From Squalus acanthias (Eukaryota): a DNA stretch of 64,000 nt. A program made the position numbers and the translations under genes. Positions 48,656 through 61,762 of this stretch are shown here, in pieces. The stretch covers positions 63,924,001 to 63,988,000 of the forward strand of contig CM059438.1 of the NCBI GenBank assembly GCA_030390025.1, given 5' to 3'. Position 1 is the stretch's first letter, and each line of letters opens with the position of its first letter. The notes below the pieces were generated by a model. The model saw nothing but the letters and a program-made list of their open reading frames with translations. It did no database searches and was not told where the DNA came from.

Positions 48656-50261
48656 TGTGAAAACGTTTCTCCTGCTCTTTGCCCTAATCTCTTAAAATGT
48701 AGAATTGCATAGATATTGCAACATGGAAACAGGCTGTTCGGCCCAACCAGTCTGTGTTGCTGTTTATTCTTCACACCAGCAGTTGTCCTAATCCCATGTG
48801 TCCGCCCTGCTCACGTATCTCTTTATTCCCTTTTCCTTCAATCACCTATCTTAAATGTAAGAATGAACATTGGCAGAAAAGAGTCAAAAGGCTGTAGTAA
48901 AACATTGGAGATTGTGTGATTTTTAGCGTATCATAAATGCTTAACGTGTTTGTATCAAATCGTGCTCTTTTAACAGAGGTGTTAGCCTGTTTATGTTAGA
49001 CAAGGGATTAACTCCCCCATTCAAATAATAGTCAAGGGATTTATCACAACTATGTTAAGCTGTCGTATTTTAATATCGTAAGGCTTACATTTTTTTTAAA
49101 AGTACATTAAACCGTTACACTTTAAACACAAAATGGAGCCGTAGGTGCTGTGATACGCCTGATGCCGTGACTGGTGAGCGCAGATTGCCTCAGTTCATGG
49201 TCTGGTGCCAAGGCTGCGTACTCCCAACAGAATCCAAAGTGACTTCCTGTGTGACCACATACATTTTAAGTGACCTTGTACTTAAGGACCGTGCGTTGGA
49301 AAAGCTCGGGTATTGCCCGCCATTTCTCATCGACTGAAGTGATTGGATGGAAAATGTCAGGGAGTGGCCCATGATTTTCCTATACACTCTCCTCGTGTGT
49401 GAGGTAAATCCGACCCTATTTTCTCATCTGGCAGCCTCCCTCGGTATTTACTCTGTTGTATGAATGTGGGATTTAATTTGTGCAGTGCCTTGACTTAACG
49501 TTATTATCTTGTGTTCTGCAGATGGCAGGGCTGTGGCTTGTAGAAAAGTACATGACAGTTGTTTAAATTAATATACACACACAATGCACACAGGGGAGTC
49601 TCATGCTGGGACCATTAAGTCTTTGATGAGGTGTTTCCTCCATGTGTTCGATCACATGGCTCTGTGGGCCACACATATGGTGGAATACAATCCTCTAGCA
49701 CCAATCCTGTTCTATAAGTCAGTGAACAGAAGGTGGGCTTTCCATGGGGTAAGACGAGAGGCAACCAGCAGCACAGTGCTGAGCTAGTGAGACTCTGCAG
49801 AGATACTGTTGGCTGAACTCAAGCGCCAGGCACCGCGGAGTGTGGTGAAAAGAACGGCATCGTCACATTGACTGGACTGCGGCTAATTCATGGGTTGGTA
49901 CTGCAGTTCAATTTAACTCTTTGCCGGCCTGATTCCTAAAGTATTCATGTTTTGCATAGTCTTACATAGCATTTAAAGCCCAATAGGTCTATGCCGGTGT
50001 TTATGCTCCACACGAGCCTCCTCCCACCCTACTTCATCAACCCCATCAACATAGCCCTCTATTCCTTTCTCCCTCATGTGTTTATCTAGCCTCCCCTTAA
50101 ATGCTTCTATGCTAGTCGCCTCAACTACTCCACGTGGTAGCGATTTCCACCTTCTAACCCCTCTCTGGCTAAAGAAGTTTCTCCTGAATTCCCTATTGGA
50201 TTTATCAGTGACTATCTTATATTATTCTTTGCAACATTATAAGCTTCTTCTTTCAATCTAA

Positions 50262-53160
50262 GTTAAGGATTGCATTAGATTGAAAGAAGAAGCTTATAAT
50301 GTTGCAAAGAATAATAGTAAGCCTGAGGATTGGGAGAGTTCAGAAACCAGCAAAGGTTGACCAAAAAATTGATTAAAAGGGAAAAAATAGAATATGAGAG
50401 AAATATAAAAGCAGATTGTAAGAGCTTCTACAAGTATGTAAAAAGGAAGAGAGTAGCAAAAGTAAACGTTAGTCCCTTAGAGGCTGAAACAGGAGAAATT
50501 ATTATGGGGAATAAGGAAATGGCTGAAACATTAAACAAATATTTTGTATCTGTCTTCACAGTAGAAGACACAAAAAGCATACCAAAAATGGTGGGGTACC
50601 AAGGGGGAAAAATTCAGTATCGCCCCGTTTGGGGCGCAATTATCGGCCAGGCGCAAAGATTAGCGCCTGGCGCTAATTATCGCCTCCGACTGCAAACTTG
50701 ACTTTTAACGCCCCTGGAGGTGATTGGAGCGCTAAATCAGGCGCTACACATCTGTCTTAAAGTGCAAAGGCCGAGGAGCGAGGCGCTAACTCAGAGCGCT
50801 GGCGAAGCTCATGTGATGCCAGTCAGCAATGGATCACAGACACAATGGCCCCGGCCAGTTCTTAAAGGGGAGGGTTGATCTTGCTTTCCATCCACATCCT
50901 GCTCATTGCAGCTTTGAATCTCGGCCTGGAGAGACCTGCACATCAAATCTGCTGGAAAGAACAATGGAGAGTCCAGGGATAGAGCTCAGAGTGCAGCTCC
51001 CACAGTCTCTTCTAAATCGATACAAGGAAGGGCAAATCAAAATGAACCTGCAAAGTGCTGCTCAGTACCCAAAACTCCTTCACACAGCGTTGAATCTCTC
51101 CAGAAGTCTCTCTCTCTCTCTCTCAGAATGCGTGGTTCAAAAATGCCGCAAACAAAAAAAGGCAGGAAGCGTTCGCCTTTAAATAGCGCTCCCCCAGTCC
51201 CTTCCTGACAGCAAAACGCTCCCCTCAAACTGTCGTTGTTAGCAGCAGGTGGTAAGGCAGGGGGCGCCACTCAATATCCTCTCCGGGGCGCTACCGGGGC
51301 GTTGCGCACTTGACTGACATCACGATCTGCCGGCGCAGGAGATCGTGGCGGTACTGTTTAGCGCCACTGCAAAATGTCTAGTTAATTTCGTGAGCAGCGC
51401 AAACATCGCCGTGCCTGGGCGCTAGTTGCTTTGCGCCCCATTAGCGCCCTCTTAAGGTGCTAGCGGGAGGCGCAACCAACTGAATTTTTCCCCCCCAAGG
51501 GTCTAATGAGGGTGAGGAACTTAACGTAATTAATATAAGTAGAGAAAAAATACTAGAGAAACTAATGGGACTAAAAGCTGACAAATCCCCTGGACCTGAC
51601 GGCCTACATCCTAGGGTTCTAAAAGAGGTGGCTGAAGAGATAATGGATGCATTGGTTTTGATCTTCCAAAATTCCCTAGATTCTAGAATGGTCCCACCAG
51701 ATTGGAAGGTCACAAATATAACACCACTATTCAAGAAAGGAGGGAGAGAAAAAACAGGGAACTGCAGGCCAGTTAGCCTGACATAAGTCGTCAGGAAAAT
51801 GCTGGAATCCATTGTTAAGGAAGTGATATCAAGTCACTTAGAAAATCATAACATGATTAGGCAGAGTCAACATGGTTTTATGAAAGGGAAATCGTGTTTG
51901 ACAAATTTATTAGAGTTTTTTGAGGATGTAACTAGCAGGGTAGATAAAGAGGAACCAGTGGATGTAGTATATTTGGATTTCCAAAATACATTCAATAAGG
52001 TGGCACATAAAAGGTTATTACACAAGATTAGGGCTCACGGGGTTGGGGGGAATGTAGTAGCATGGATAGAGGATTGGTTAACGGACAGAAAACAGAGAGT
52101 AGGGAAAAACTGATCTTTTTCAGGTTGGCAAGCTGGAACTAGTGGGGTGCCGCAAGGATCAGTGTTGGGGCCTCAGTTATTTACAATCTATATTAATGAC
52201 CTAGATGAAGGGACCGAGTGTAATGTATCCAAGTTTGCTGATGATACAAAGCTAGGTGGGACAGTAAGCTGTGAGGAGAACACAAAGAGTCTGCAAAGGA
52301 TATAGATAGACTAAGTGAGTGGGCAGTAAGGTGGCAGATGGAGTATAATGCAGGGAAATGTGAGGTTATTCACTTTGGTAGGAAGAATAGAAAAACAGAA
52401 TATTTTTTGAATGGTGAGAAACTTTCAAATGTTGATGTTCAGAGAGATTTGGGTGTCCTCGTGCAAGAACACGGAAAGCTAGCATGCAGGTACAGCAAAC
52501 AATAAGGAAGACAAATGACATGTTGGCCTTTATTGCAAGGGGGTTGTAGTATAAGAATAAGGAAGTCTTGCTACAATTGTACAATTGGTGAGACCACACC
52601 TGGAGTACTGTGCACAGTTTTGGTCTCCTTATCCAAGGAAGGGTATACTTGCCTTGGAGGCGGTGCAACGAAGGTTCACTAGATTGATTCCAAGGATGAG
52701 ATGGCTGTCCTATGATGAGAGATTGTGTAGAATGGGCCTATACTCTCTGGAGTTTAGAAGAATGAGAGGTGATCTCATTGAAACATACAAGATTCTGAAG
52801 GGGATTGACAGGGTAGATGCTGAGAGGTTGTTTCCCCTGGCTGGAGTGTCTAGAACGAGGGGGCATAGTCTCAGGATAAGGGGTAGGCCATTTAAGACTG
52901 AGATGAGGAGGAATTTCTGCACTCAGAGGGTTGTGAATCTTTGGAATTCGCTGCCCCAGTAGGGTGTGCATGCTGAGTCTTTGAGTATATTCAAGGCTGT
53001 GATAGATAGATTTTTGGACTCTAGGGGAATCAAGGGATACGGAGATCGGGCGGGAACTTGGAGTTGAGGTCGATGATCAGCCATGATCTTATTGAATGGC
53101 GGAGCAGGCTCGAGGGGCCGTATGGTCTACTTCTGCTCTTATTCTTATGTTCTTATGTTC
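50262..53160 (+). mobile_element. 5'-truncated CR1 LINE (RT domain, disrupted)
   Basis: [42 protein letters not shown] and RPHLEY motifs; (TTCTTATG)n tail. Confidence 0.92.
50603..51495. mobile_element. Harbinger MITE inside the CR1, TSD CAA
   Basis: gggggaaaaattcag / ctgaatttttcccccc; the CR1 reads through after removal. Confidence 0.88.
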
Positions 53161-53514
53161 TAATTATGGCGCCTAGTTCTGGTCTCCCCTGCAAGTGGAA
53201 ACATCTTCTCTATGTTTACCCTATCAAACCCTTTCATAGTCTTAAAGATCTCTATCAGGTCACCACTCAGACTTCTCTTTGGTCAAGAAAAGAGCTCCAG
53301 CCTGTTCAGTCTTGCCTGATACGTATAACCTCTCAATTCTGCTATCATTCTAGTAAATCATTTTTGCACCTTCTCCAGTGCCTTTTTATAATATGGAGAC
53401 CGGAACTGTTCACAGCTCTCCAAGTGTGATCCAACCAAGGTTCGATACAAGTTTAACAGAACATGTTTCATGAAATGTGTGTAATTTTCCTGTCACATCA
53501 AGCGTGATAGCTTC

Positions 53515-53885
53515 CTCTGAGGGCTCAGTCGGGAAATGTTCCTGAGCCACCCACAGACCAGGAAGATTCTGGTTTCAATGCCTGGTCTGTGCTCATCTAT
53601 CTGAAGTCAGGTGAGATGCTGGTAGGAATGCTGCAGCTGTCCTGCCTGAGGATTGGAAAATTCAGCCGAAGTACTCGCTCCCGATCGCTATCCAGTGACC
53701 CCCCCCAGCTGGAAAGTCAGTGTGAAACGAGGATAGGACCGGGCTTGTCGATGGTGCACCCTCGAAGTGAAGTGGCTTCCCCGGGACCCACTGCGGTCAC
53801 TTGGGGAGAGTTACTGGACAGCAGCCGACGTTTACAGAACTGCACATCATCAGGAGATCGTGTCTTGAGGAGGTGGGAGAAGTGA
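53515..53885 (+). mobile_element. Degenerate tRNA-headed SINE-like repeat
   Basis: ggctcagtcgg head; partial similarity to about 1625-1735 and 38000-38240. Confidence 0.4.
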
Positions 53886-54224
53886 AGGGCAGATAACTGG
53901 GTAACAAGAATTCAAACATAATTTAAACAAAATAACTCTGCCTGGATTTTTCAGTGAAAGTGACTTCCGGCATCCAACCGACACAACCTTAAAGTATTTT
54001 AAATTGTTGGAATGTCATCAGAAGATTAAACATGATCACTGGTGGTTTCAGTAACAGAACCTGACTCCTTAGTGAGTTAAAGCATGAAATTCATTTACAG
54101 TTACTGAAATATTGAGACAGGGACTGCGGGGAAAATTCACGGCCCTCTTGGTGCAATGACGCTTTAAGTCTGGCGGGAGTGTGGCGAAAGGAAAGGAAGG
54201 GAAAAGATTTGCCTTTATATAGCT

Positions 54225-54560
54225 ACATCATTAAATAAATTTAAAACAGAAATAGACAGTTTCCTAGAAGTAAAGGGCATTAAGGGTTACGGGGAGCGGG
54301 CAGGAATTTGGACATGAGTCTAGGTTCGGATCGGTCATGGCCCTGTGGGTAGTGAAGCGGGCCCAGGGACCGTGTAGCCTGATTCTGCTCCTATTTCGTG
54401 TGTGCAATTCTGTTAGATGCAGGAGATGGTTCTGTGATAGTAGATAGTAGATTGGCGGTTAGGATCAGATCAGCCATGATCTTATTGAATGGCGGAGCAG
54501 GCTCGAGGGGCCGATTGGCCTACTCCTGCTCCTATTTCTTATGTTCTTATGTTCTTATGT
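54225..54560 (+). mobile_element. CR1 3' end fragments
   Basis: gatcagccatgatcttattgaatggcggagcagg followed by (TTCTTATG)n. Confidence 0.7.
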
Positions 54561-55049
54561 TCACAATCTCAGGACATCCCAAAGCGCTTTACAGCTTAAA
54601 CTTCAGCCTTCAAATTTAATCTGTTTTTGGACTCAAAACTATAAAACTAAAGGCCACTTTTACATCGAGGTGGTTTCCAGTCAATACTGTACTTACAGTA
54701 CAGGTCATTGAACACTGACACTGAAAGATGACCCAACTATCAGCCCCACGCTTCCTTTCCTTCCAGTTTGTTCAGTGGGTTCCCTCACTGCTCCTGTGTG
54801 CTCAGCTTAATCGCCCAACTGTGACTGAAAATTCATCAGGGAGAAGAAGTACAGGTGAGGCTGGAATTGTAACCTAGTCCTCCAAGTCCATGATCGGACA
54901 CCAACAGCGGAGCAGAAGCTTTTATGATTTGACGTTGAGATTCTTTTCTGTTTCTCCCCTCCTCTCTTGAAGGTACTAATTTGTAAACTGAGATACAATT
55001 CCCCTGGTGTCAGCCGCTCTCTGGTCCCCCTTCAAAGTAATCAATCCTA

Positions 55050-55830
55050 ACCACCGACTCCATCCCTCTCCCTGGCAACTATCTGAGGCTGAACAAGACC
55101 ATTCGCAAAATTGGTGTCGTATTTGACCCTGAGATGAACTTCCGACCACATATCTGCGCTATCACCAAGACCGCCTACTTCCACCTCGCCCGTCTCTGCC
55201 CCTGCCTCAGCTTATCTGCTGCTGAAACCCGCGTCCATGCCTTTGTTACCTCTAGACCTGACTATTCCAATGCTCTCCTGGCCGGCCACCCATCTTCCAC
55301 CTTCCATAATCTTGATCTCATCCTAAACTCTGCTGCCCGTGTCCTAACTCGCACCAAGTTCTGTTCCCCCATCACTCCTGTGCTCGCTGACCTACATTGG
55401 TTCCCGGTCTGGCAGCGCCTCAATTTTAAAATTCTCATCCTTGCTTTCAAATCCCTCCATGAGCTCGCCCCTCCCTATCTCTGTAACCTCCTCCAGTCCT
55501 AGAACCCGCTGAGATCTCTGCGCTCCTCCAATTCTGGCCTCTTGGCGCATCTATTATTTTAATCACTCCACCATCGGTGGCCGTGCTTTGAGCTGCCTAG
55601 GCCCTAAGCTCTGGAATTCCCGCCCTAACTGTCTCCACCTCTCCCTCTCCTCCTTTAAGGCGCTCCTTAAAACCGATCTCTTTGACCAAGTTTTTATCAC
55701 CTGTCCTAATATCTCCTGATGTGGCTCGGGGCCAAGTTTTGTTTGATAATCGCCCCTGCGAAGAGCCTTGGGAGGTTTCACTATTGTGAAGGCGCTATAT
55801 AAATGCAAGTTGTTGTTTGTTGTTGTGGTG
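55050..55830 (+). mobile_element. L2 LINE 3' fragment
   Basis: ORF 55134-55502 with HAFVTSRPDYSNALL...LHWFPV; GTT tail. Confidence 0.88.
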
Positions 55831-56199
55831 TCTGTATGGTAAGTTTTGGCAGTCGGTTCAACTGTGAGGGATACCTGAGCCTGATCTTCTGACCACATTT
55901 TCCAGCAGGAATGACGTGATAGCAATTGGACGTGGCTGTCTGGGGGGGGAATTCGCTAAATTTTGAAATCGTGGAAAGAGCTGGAGCGCTAAATCAAGCG
56001 CTAATGACCTAAGCAGGGCACTACAGGGGGCGCTACCAGCAGAGCGATAATGAATTTCAGGTGCTATGCAGTCGGGAATGATCCTTCACACTGGCCCCTT
56101 CCAGCTCTTAAATGGGAGGTTGCATCATTGTGCAGATCCTCATTATCAGCATTGCTGGCTGTGAAGGCGACCTGCAAGGAACTCAATCCCCTGATCGTG

Positions 56200-58068
56200 A
56201 TGGCTGATCCCACTCCCAGGCAGAGAGCTTGTCCTTTCACAGACGAGGCATAGGAGGCATTGGTCGCGGGAGTTGAGTGAAGGAGGGCAGTGCTGTTCCC
56301 GGACACTGGAAGGAGGCCATTGCCCCAGATATTCAGGGCAATGAGGAGGGAAATGGCCCAAGAGGTCCCGGCCAGTAGTGTGATCATACACAGCCTGACA
56401 CAGTGCTGGAAGAAATTCAACGACCTCACTCAGGTGGTCAGGGTGAGTACCTGCTTCAACAGGTCCTACATACCAGCATCTGAACCTCAATCTGTACACA
56501 CTGCACAAACTACCACACCCCCACCACTCACCCACCAAGCATCTGCACCTACTCAAACTCACATCCACATCTCATGCCTTGACTACAATCACAGCTATTC
56601 AACTACGGCAGTCATATCTCCCAAACACATAGCTGGACTCTGACTCACACACATTCGTTTCTCTTGCAGGCCAAGATGGCTCACAATAGGAGGGAGCAGC
56701 AGAGAACAGGCGGGGGTGATGCGCAGCTCCAGCAGCTTTCAGACCTGGAGGAGCGAGTGCTGCCACTCATTCAGCAGCAGGTAGTGGGCGGCATGGCAGT
56801 TGGCAACGTCGACCCCCTTGGGGGCAACAACGGTATGTTCATCCCTCTCCTTCTCTCATCATACTTCCCCCTCACACCACAAGCCTTTCCCACTTTCCAG
56901 CTCCTGATACTGTCTGCATTCCTTGCTCCCTTCCTGCCCGCCTTCCCTCACTTTAACGCGAGTCTTGTGCCTTTCTGTTTTCAGAGAATCAGCAACCAGA
57001 TGAAAAGCCTGTCCCTGAGCCTCCCACTGAGAGTGAGGAAGGAGAAGAGGAGGAGGAGCAAAGCACCGCATCACTGCATCTCTCACCCGCAGGCACCACC
57101 TCAGATACTGGCACTACGCGATCTTTAGAGGCAAGTTTAGTAGAGGGGCCTGCACTGGGTGATACACCTGGGACAAGCGGGCTACAGCAAGGCTAGGGAG
57201 AAAGGGTAGCTCGGTGGTCAGCTCCCTGGAGGGTGAGTTCATGCACGAGTTCTGCTGCACAGGACTCAGATGAGGACCTCAATGGGGAGGCGTTCACAAG
57301 AAGGGTGATGGCCATGCACTCCGAGATGATAGGTGCAATGGCAAGGATGCCCGAGAGCCTCTCGGCAATGGTAAGGAGCAGTCCACCTCCAACATTGCAC
57401 AGAGCTCTGCGCACTCCATGGAGCCCGTCATTTCCACTCTGCAGAGGATGGTGGACTCCCAGAGAAACCGTGCAGATCCAGACCTCATGACGCGCGTCAT
57501 GGGCGATGTGGCAGCTTCCATTGCAGCACAGGCGGAAGCGACGCAACGTCTTAGTGCTGTAATGCTGGCAATGGTTGGTGGCATTGAGTCTCAGACTGCT
57601 CTCGTGCAGTCTCATCTTGATGCCACGCAAGCTCTGACAGCTGCCATTGTCGCTGGGTCCACCACAGTTCACCAGGGATCTCACGGTGTCGCAGCAGGCC
57701 AGCAATCTGTGCTCCAACAGATTGCTCGGGATGCTGAGGTGCTGCCCCGGGGGAGTGGCAGTGGGTCAGTGGAGCAGGAAGCTGCTGTCCTCTCTCAGGA
57801 TGACAGCATTCCTGCTCCCACCGCTGGCACTCCGCCATTGCACTTGTCGCTGCCTGTCATCCAGCCAGCCCAGACTGCCGCCGCCCACCCTGAGGTGGCG
57901 CAGTGTACAGCCAAGCCTTCCAGGCCCAGAGCTGGTCGAGGGGGTCCAGTAGTCTCTGGCGCCTTCCACCAGCCCTGCTGCAGCCACTGGGCCAACACCA
58001 TGTAGGAGCAGTAGATTAGGGAAAGGCACTGTAAAGAGGGGAAGTAAGGGTTTGCACAAGGGTGATTA
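56200..58068 (+). pseudogene. Harbinger Myb/SANT-like DNA-binding protein, three exons (56200-56442, 56670-56832, 56985-about 58068)
   Basis: RACPFTDEA...QCWKKFNDL | AKMAHNRREQQRTGGG. GT-AG introns preserve the frame; premature stops and frameshifts are present. Confidence 0.8.
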
Positions 58069-58229
58069 GTTAATATTGCTGCTGTATATATGTGGTTGCT
58101 GAATTTGGATACATTTATGATTGGAATGTTGCAGATTTGGGGCTGTGTCTCATTTCAGCTTTGGAGTGTGGTATGGAATGAGAAACTGAGGGATTGATGG
58201 GGGCGTGTTGAGCAACCGGGAAGTGACCT

Positions 58230-59393
58230 CTAATTGATTGGAACCGAAGTCTGATGAGGCGGTCACGGACCGCCCTTCCACAAGGCGGCCTCCTCCGTCA
58301 CTGCTGTTCATGCTCCTGTTCCTCCTCCTACTCCTCCTCCTCCTCGTGCTCACCCTCGTCCTCCTCGTCTCCCTCTTACTCCACCTGAGGTGGTGCGGCT
58401 ATGCCTGGTGACAATGGCTGGGTCCTCATGATGGCCAAGTTGTGCAGCATGCAGCAGACAACGCCTAAATGGGACACCCGCTCAGCCGAGTACTGGAGGG
58501 CTCCTCCCGGGCGGTCAAGGCAGCGGAGCCGTTGCTTGAGCACGCCGATGGTCTGCTTGATGATGTTCCTGGTGGCAGCATGGCTCTCATTGTATGAGTG
58601 TTTGGCAGGAGTGCTGGGGTTGCGGAGGGGAGTCATGAGCCAGGTGGAGAGCGGATAGTCCTTGTCCCCCAGCAGTCAGCCGCGAGCTTGATGTGGTGGC
58701 TGGAACAGAGCTGGCACACCGGTCTGGCACAGGATGAAGGCATCGTGGCTGCTGCCAGGATAGCAGGCATTGACGGTGCGGATTCGCTGTCTGTGGTCGC
58801 ACACCAACTGCACATTAAGTGAGTGGTAGCCTTTGCAGTTATGGAATACCTCAGGATTGTTACGGGGTGCCCGCGGAGCGGTGTAGGTGCACTCATTGGC
58901 GCCCTGCACCATAGGGAAGCCCATTATCCTGGCAAAGCCACATGCACGCTCGCGCTGCTTCTCTCTGGTCATGGGGAAGGAAATATAATCCCTTCTCCTT
59001 CTGGAGAGAGCACCTGTGACCTCACGGATGTAGCAATGGACGGCGAACTGCGAGATGTTCGCTATATCTCCTGCTGCACACTGGAAGAATCCGCTGCTGT
59101 AGAAATTGAGGGCGACGGTGACCTTGACTGCCATTGAGAGAGCCATGGTGCTCCTGATGTGAAACTCGAGGGGTGGCTGGAGGAGGTGGCAGAGCTCTGT
59201 GACAACCACCTTGGTGAAGCGGAGCCTTCTAAGACACTGCTCCTCAGTGAGATTGATGTAGGGAAAATGCTGCTGGAATACCCTTGGAGGGTAAGGCCTC
59301 CTGTTGAGAGCCCTGTTGGCCCTCCTCCCTCTGGCTCTGTTGCCTCCAAGGTTGACGCTGGAGGGCGAGGTCCAGTGCCAGTACAGCCCCCAT
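58230..59393 (-). pseudogene. HARBI1-like Harbinger transposase, inactivated
   Basis: CLRRLRF, VALNFYSSG, KGYHSLNVQLVCD, YPGSSHD, LGDK-YP, CCMLHN motifs. Stop at about 58676; GAIDCTH changed to GANECTY; IEQ changed to IKQ. Confidence 0.9.
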
Positions 59394-59919
59394 TGAAGTA
59401 TGGAAATGTTGCACTTTCAAATCTCAGCTAAATGAAAGTGAATAATTTTTCTGAGGCTGAAGACTACTTCAACTGAAAACGCTGAAATCGGTCAAAACGC
59501 CTGGTTGCCTATGTCAAACTGACAAGGCAGCATTCATTGCCGACTAAAAATAAAGCAGATGTTGACGCCTTTATATAGGGCTCCTCCAGCGCTCATCCGA
59601 GTGCATACTGCCTCCTCTACCTGTCGTTGCTAACAGCAGGCACTCAGGCAGGGGGGCGAGAGTGAATTTCTGAGCCAGGGCACCACTGGGGCGCTGCACA
59701 GGACAGCGTGGCGCTGGTGGTTACCACTGCCGCAAACCTCCACTTCAATTTCATGGGCGTCGGTACTATCACCGCGCCTGGTCACTAAGCCGGTAGTGCC
59801 CCTTTAGCGCCCCCCCCGGAGGCGCTAACGGGAGGTGCAAAGGTACCCAATTTCTCCCTGTTTGTTTTTACCCTCCCTCCCGAGCTCAAGATCAAATGTA
59901 GTACCTCAACTTCGCTGAT

Positions 59920-60185
59920 AGGAGCATCGGAACAGGAGCAGGCCATTCAGCCCCTCGAGCCTGTTCCGCCATTCAATTAGATCATGGCTGATCTGTATCT
60001 CAACTCCATCTACCAGCTTTGGTTCCATATCCCTTGATACCCTTACCTAACAAAAAACGATTAATCTCAGGTTTGAAATTTTGAATTGACCCCCAGGCTC
60101 TACCACTTTTTGGCGGGGGTGGGGGGGGGAGAGAATTCTAGATTTCCACTGCCGTTTTGTGTGAAGAAGTGTCATCACTCCCTGA
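59920..60185 (-). mobile_element. CR1 3' end fragment
   Basis: ggccattcagcccctcgagcctgttccgccattc, the reverse complement of the CR1 tail. Confidence 0.7.
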
Positions 60186-60933
60186 ACTGTCGAGCACAGA
60201 GCAGATAACTCAACACAGACTGGGGATAAAGCTTGGGATGATCTTGTTCTGTGGGGCGCAATACCTCAGCAGTTAGGGCGTTTACCCAGATAACCATCAG
60301 TGGAGCTGCTGGCATTAAGATTAACCATGGCCTGCTGAACAAAACATTGCTACTGCACCCTCTGGATTGCAAAGGTTTCCAATGCAATTCTATTCTGTTT
60401 GAGCTTACAAGCTAAGGATACAAGACCCTCTTAGCTTATTAATTTTCACCTGGTAGACAAATCTGTTGTGCAACAGGAACATTGTTTTTTTTTTGCAAGA
60501 GTCTGAAAGAACTCAGTATGATAGGTAACAACTGAAGGTCAATGGGAAGTATAATTACATGTTCGAAAGTGGTATTGTGTTCTGTACATCTCCTCTGGGA
60601 AGGTTCAAGGAAAATAAAAATTGAGAGCACTGACCTGCGTGATAAATGTTTTGAAGAGCTGTCATGTGTGGTGGAGCTTCTCGGTCGCATTACGCAGCAG
60701 TCCAGCCAGAGCAGGAGATATCGCTGCCATAACGCATTTGTCATGATAAGAAAAGAAAAACACCTCAGTACATTAATCATCAGAGCCCAGCCAACTAACT
60801 AATGCATCTCTCTACACTCTGAATCTCAGTGAGTTATGAATGCAACACAAGGTCCTTCTCCTTGAAAGTTTCCATTAGTTTCTATTGTGAACAGCAGAGA
60901 AGGCTATCGGGATAATAACTTAGAATGTCTCGA

Positions 60934-61515
60934 TTTTTTTTTTAAATTCGTTTTTATGGGATGTTGGCGTCGCTGGCAAGGCCAGCATTTATCGCCCATC
61001 CCTATTGCCCTTGAGAAGGTGGTGGTGAGCCGCCTTCTTGAACCGCTGCAGTCCGTGTGGTGATGGTACTCCCACAGTGCTGTTAGGGAGGGAGTTCCAG
61101 GATTTTGACCCAGCGATGATGAAGGATCGGCGATATACTTCCAAGTCAGGATGGTGTGTGACTTGAAGGGGAACTTGGAAGTGGTGGTGTTCCCATGCGC
61201 CTGCTGCCCTTGTCCTTCTAGGTAGAAGAGGTCGTGGGTTTGGAGGTGCTGCCGAAGGAGCCTTGGTGAGTTGCTGCAGCGTATCTTGTAGATGGCACAC
61301 ACTGCAGCCACGGTGCACCGGTGGTGGAGGGAGTGAATGTTTAAGGTGGTGGATGGGGTGCCAATCAAGCGGGCTGCTTTGTCCTGGATGGTGTTGAGCT
61401 TCTTGAGTGTTGTTGGAGCTGCACTCATCCAGGCAAGTGGAGAGTATTCCATCATACTCCTGGCTTGTGCCTTGTAGATGGTGGAAAGGCTTTGGGGAAT
61501 CAGGAGGTGAGACAC
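60934..61515 (-). mobile_element. 5'-truncated non-LTR retrotransposon (RT C-terminus, poly-A); clade not assigned
   Basis: IYKAQARSMMEYSPLAW...IQDKAARLI and SKSWNSLP motifs; same 3' end as about 22500-22560. Confidence 0.75.
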
Positions 61516-61725
61516 TCAGGCACTGAGGTGCAAACTTTCTGTAATGGGGTAAACAATGTGTCTACTTAAAATATAGAATGAATACTGTAAACTAATCGTA
61601 ATAATTCTATTTTGAGCTCCGCGCTGTAGAAAGGATGTTGAGGCAACAGAAAGGGTACAGAAATAACAACAGAAAACGCTGGAAAAACTCAGCAGGCCAG
61701 GCAGCATCCGTGGAGAGAGAAAGAG

Positions 61726-61762
61726 AGTTAACGTTTCAGGTCGATGACCTTTCATCAGAACT
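61726..61762 (-). ncRNA. Minimal type-I hammerhead ribozyme motif
   Basis: AGUU-CUGAUGA-A-AGGUC(AUC)GACCU-GAAAC-GUU-AACU. Confidence 0.75.

Larger units (their letters stand above)
49965..53460 (-). mobile_element. Older minus-strand CR1 3' fragment (49965-50220 and 53160-53460) split by a younger CR1
   Basis: gactatcttat...ttatggcgcctagttctggtctcc is continuous across the insertion. Confidence 0.7.
55943..59857. mobile_element. PIF/Harbinger DNA transposon, formerly autonomous, decayed
   Basis: Convergent Myb/SANT and DDE genes; G-rich ends (gggggggaatt / aatttctcc); probable TSD CTG. Confidence 0.88.

Noticed and set aside
49242..49259. Adjacent ETS (ACTTCCTG) and RUNX-like (GACCACA) sites
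   Set aside because: A single short motif pair is expected by chance in 64 kb; no supporting evidence.
58230..59393. Host HARBI1 gene
   Set aside because: It lies within TIRs beside a Myb gene and has a stop, a frameshift and mutated catalytic residues.
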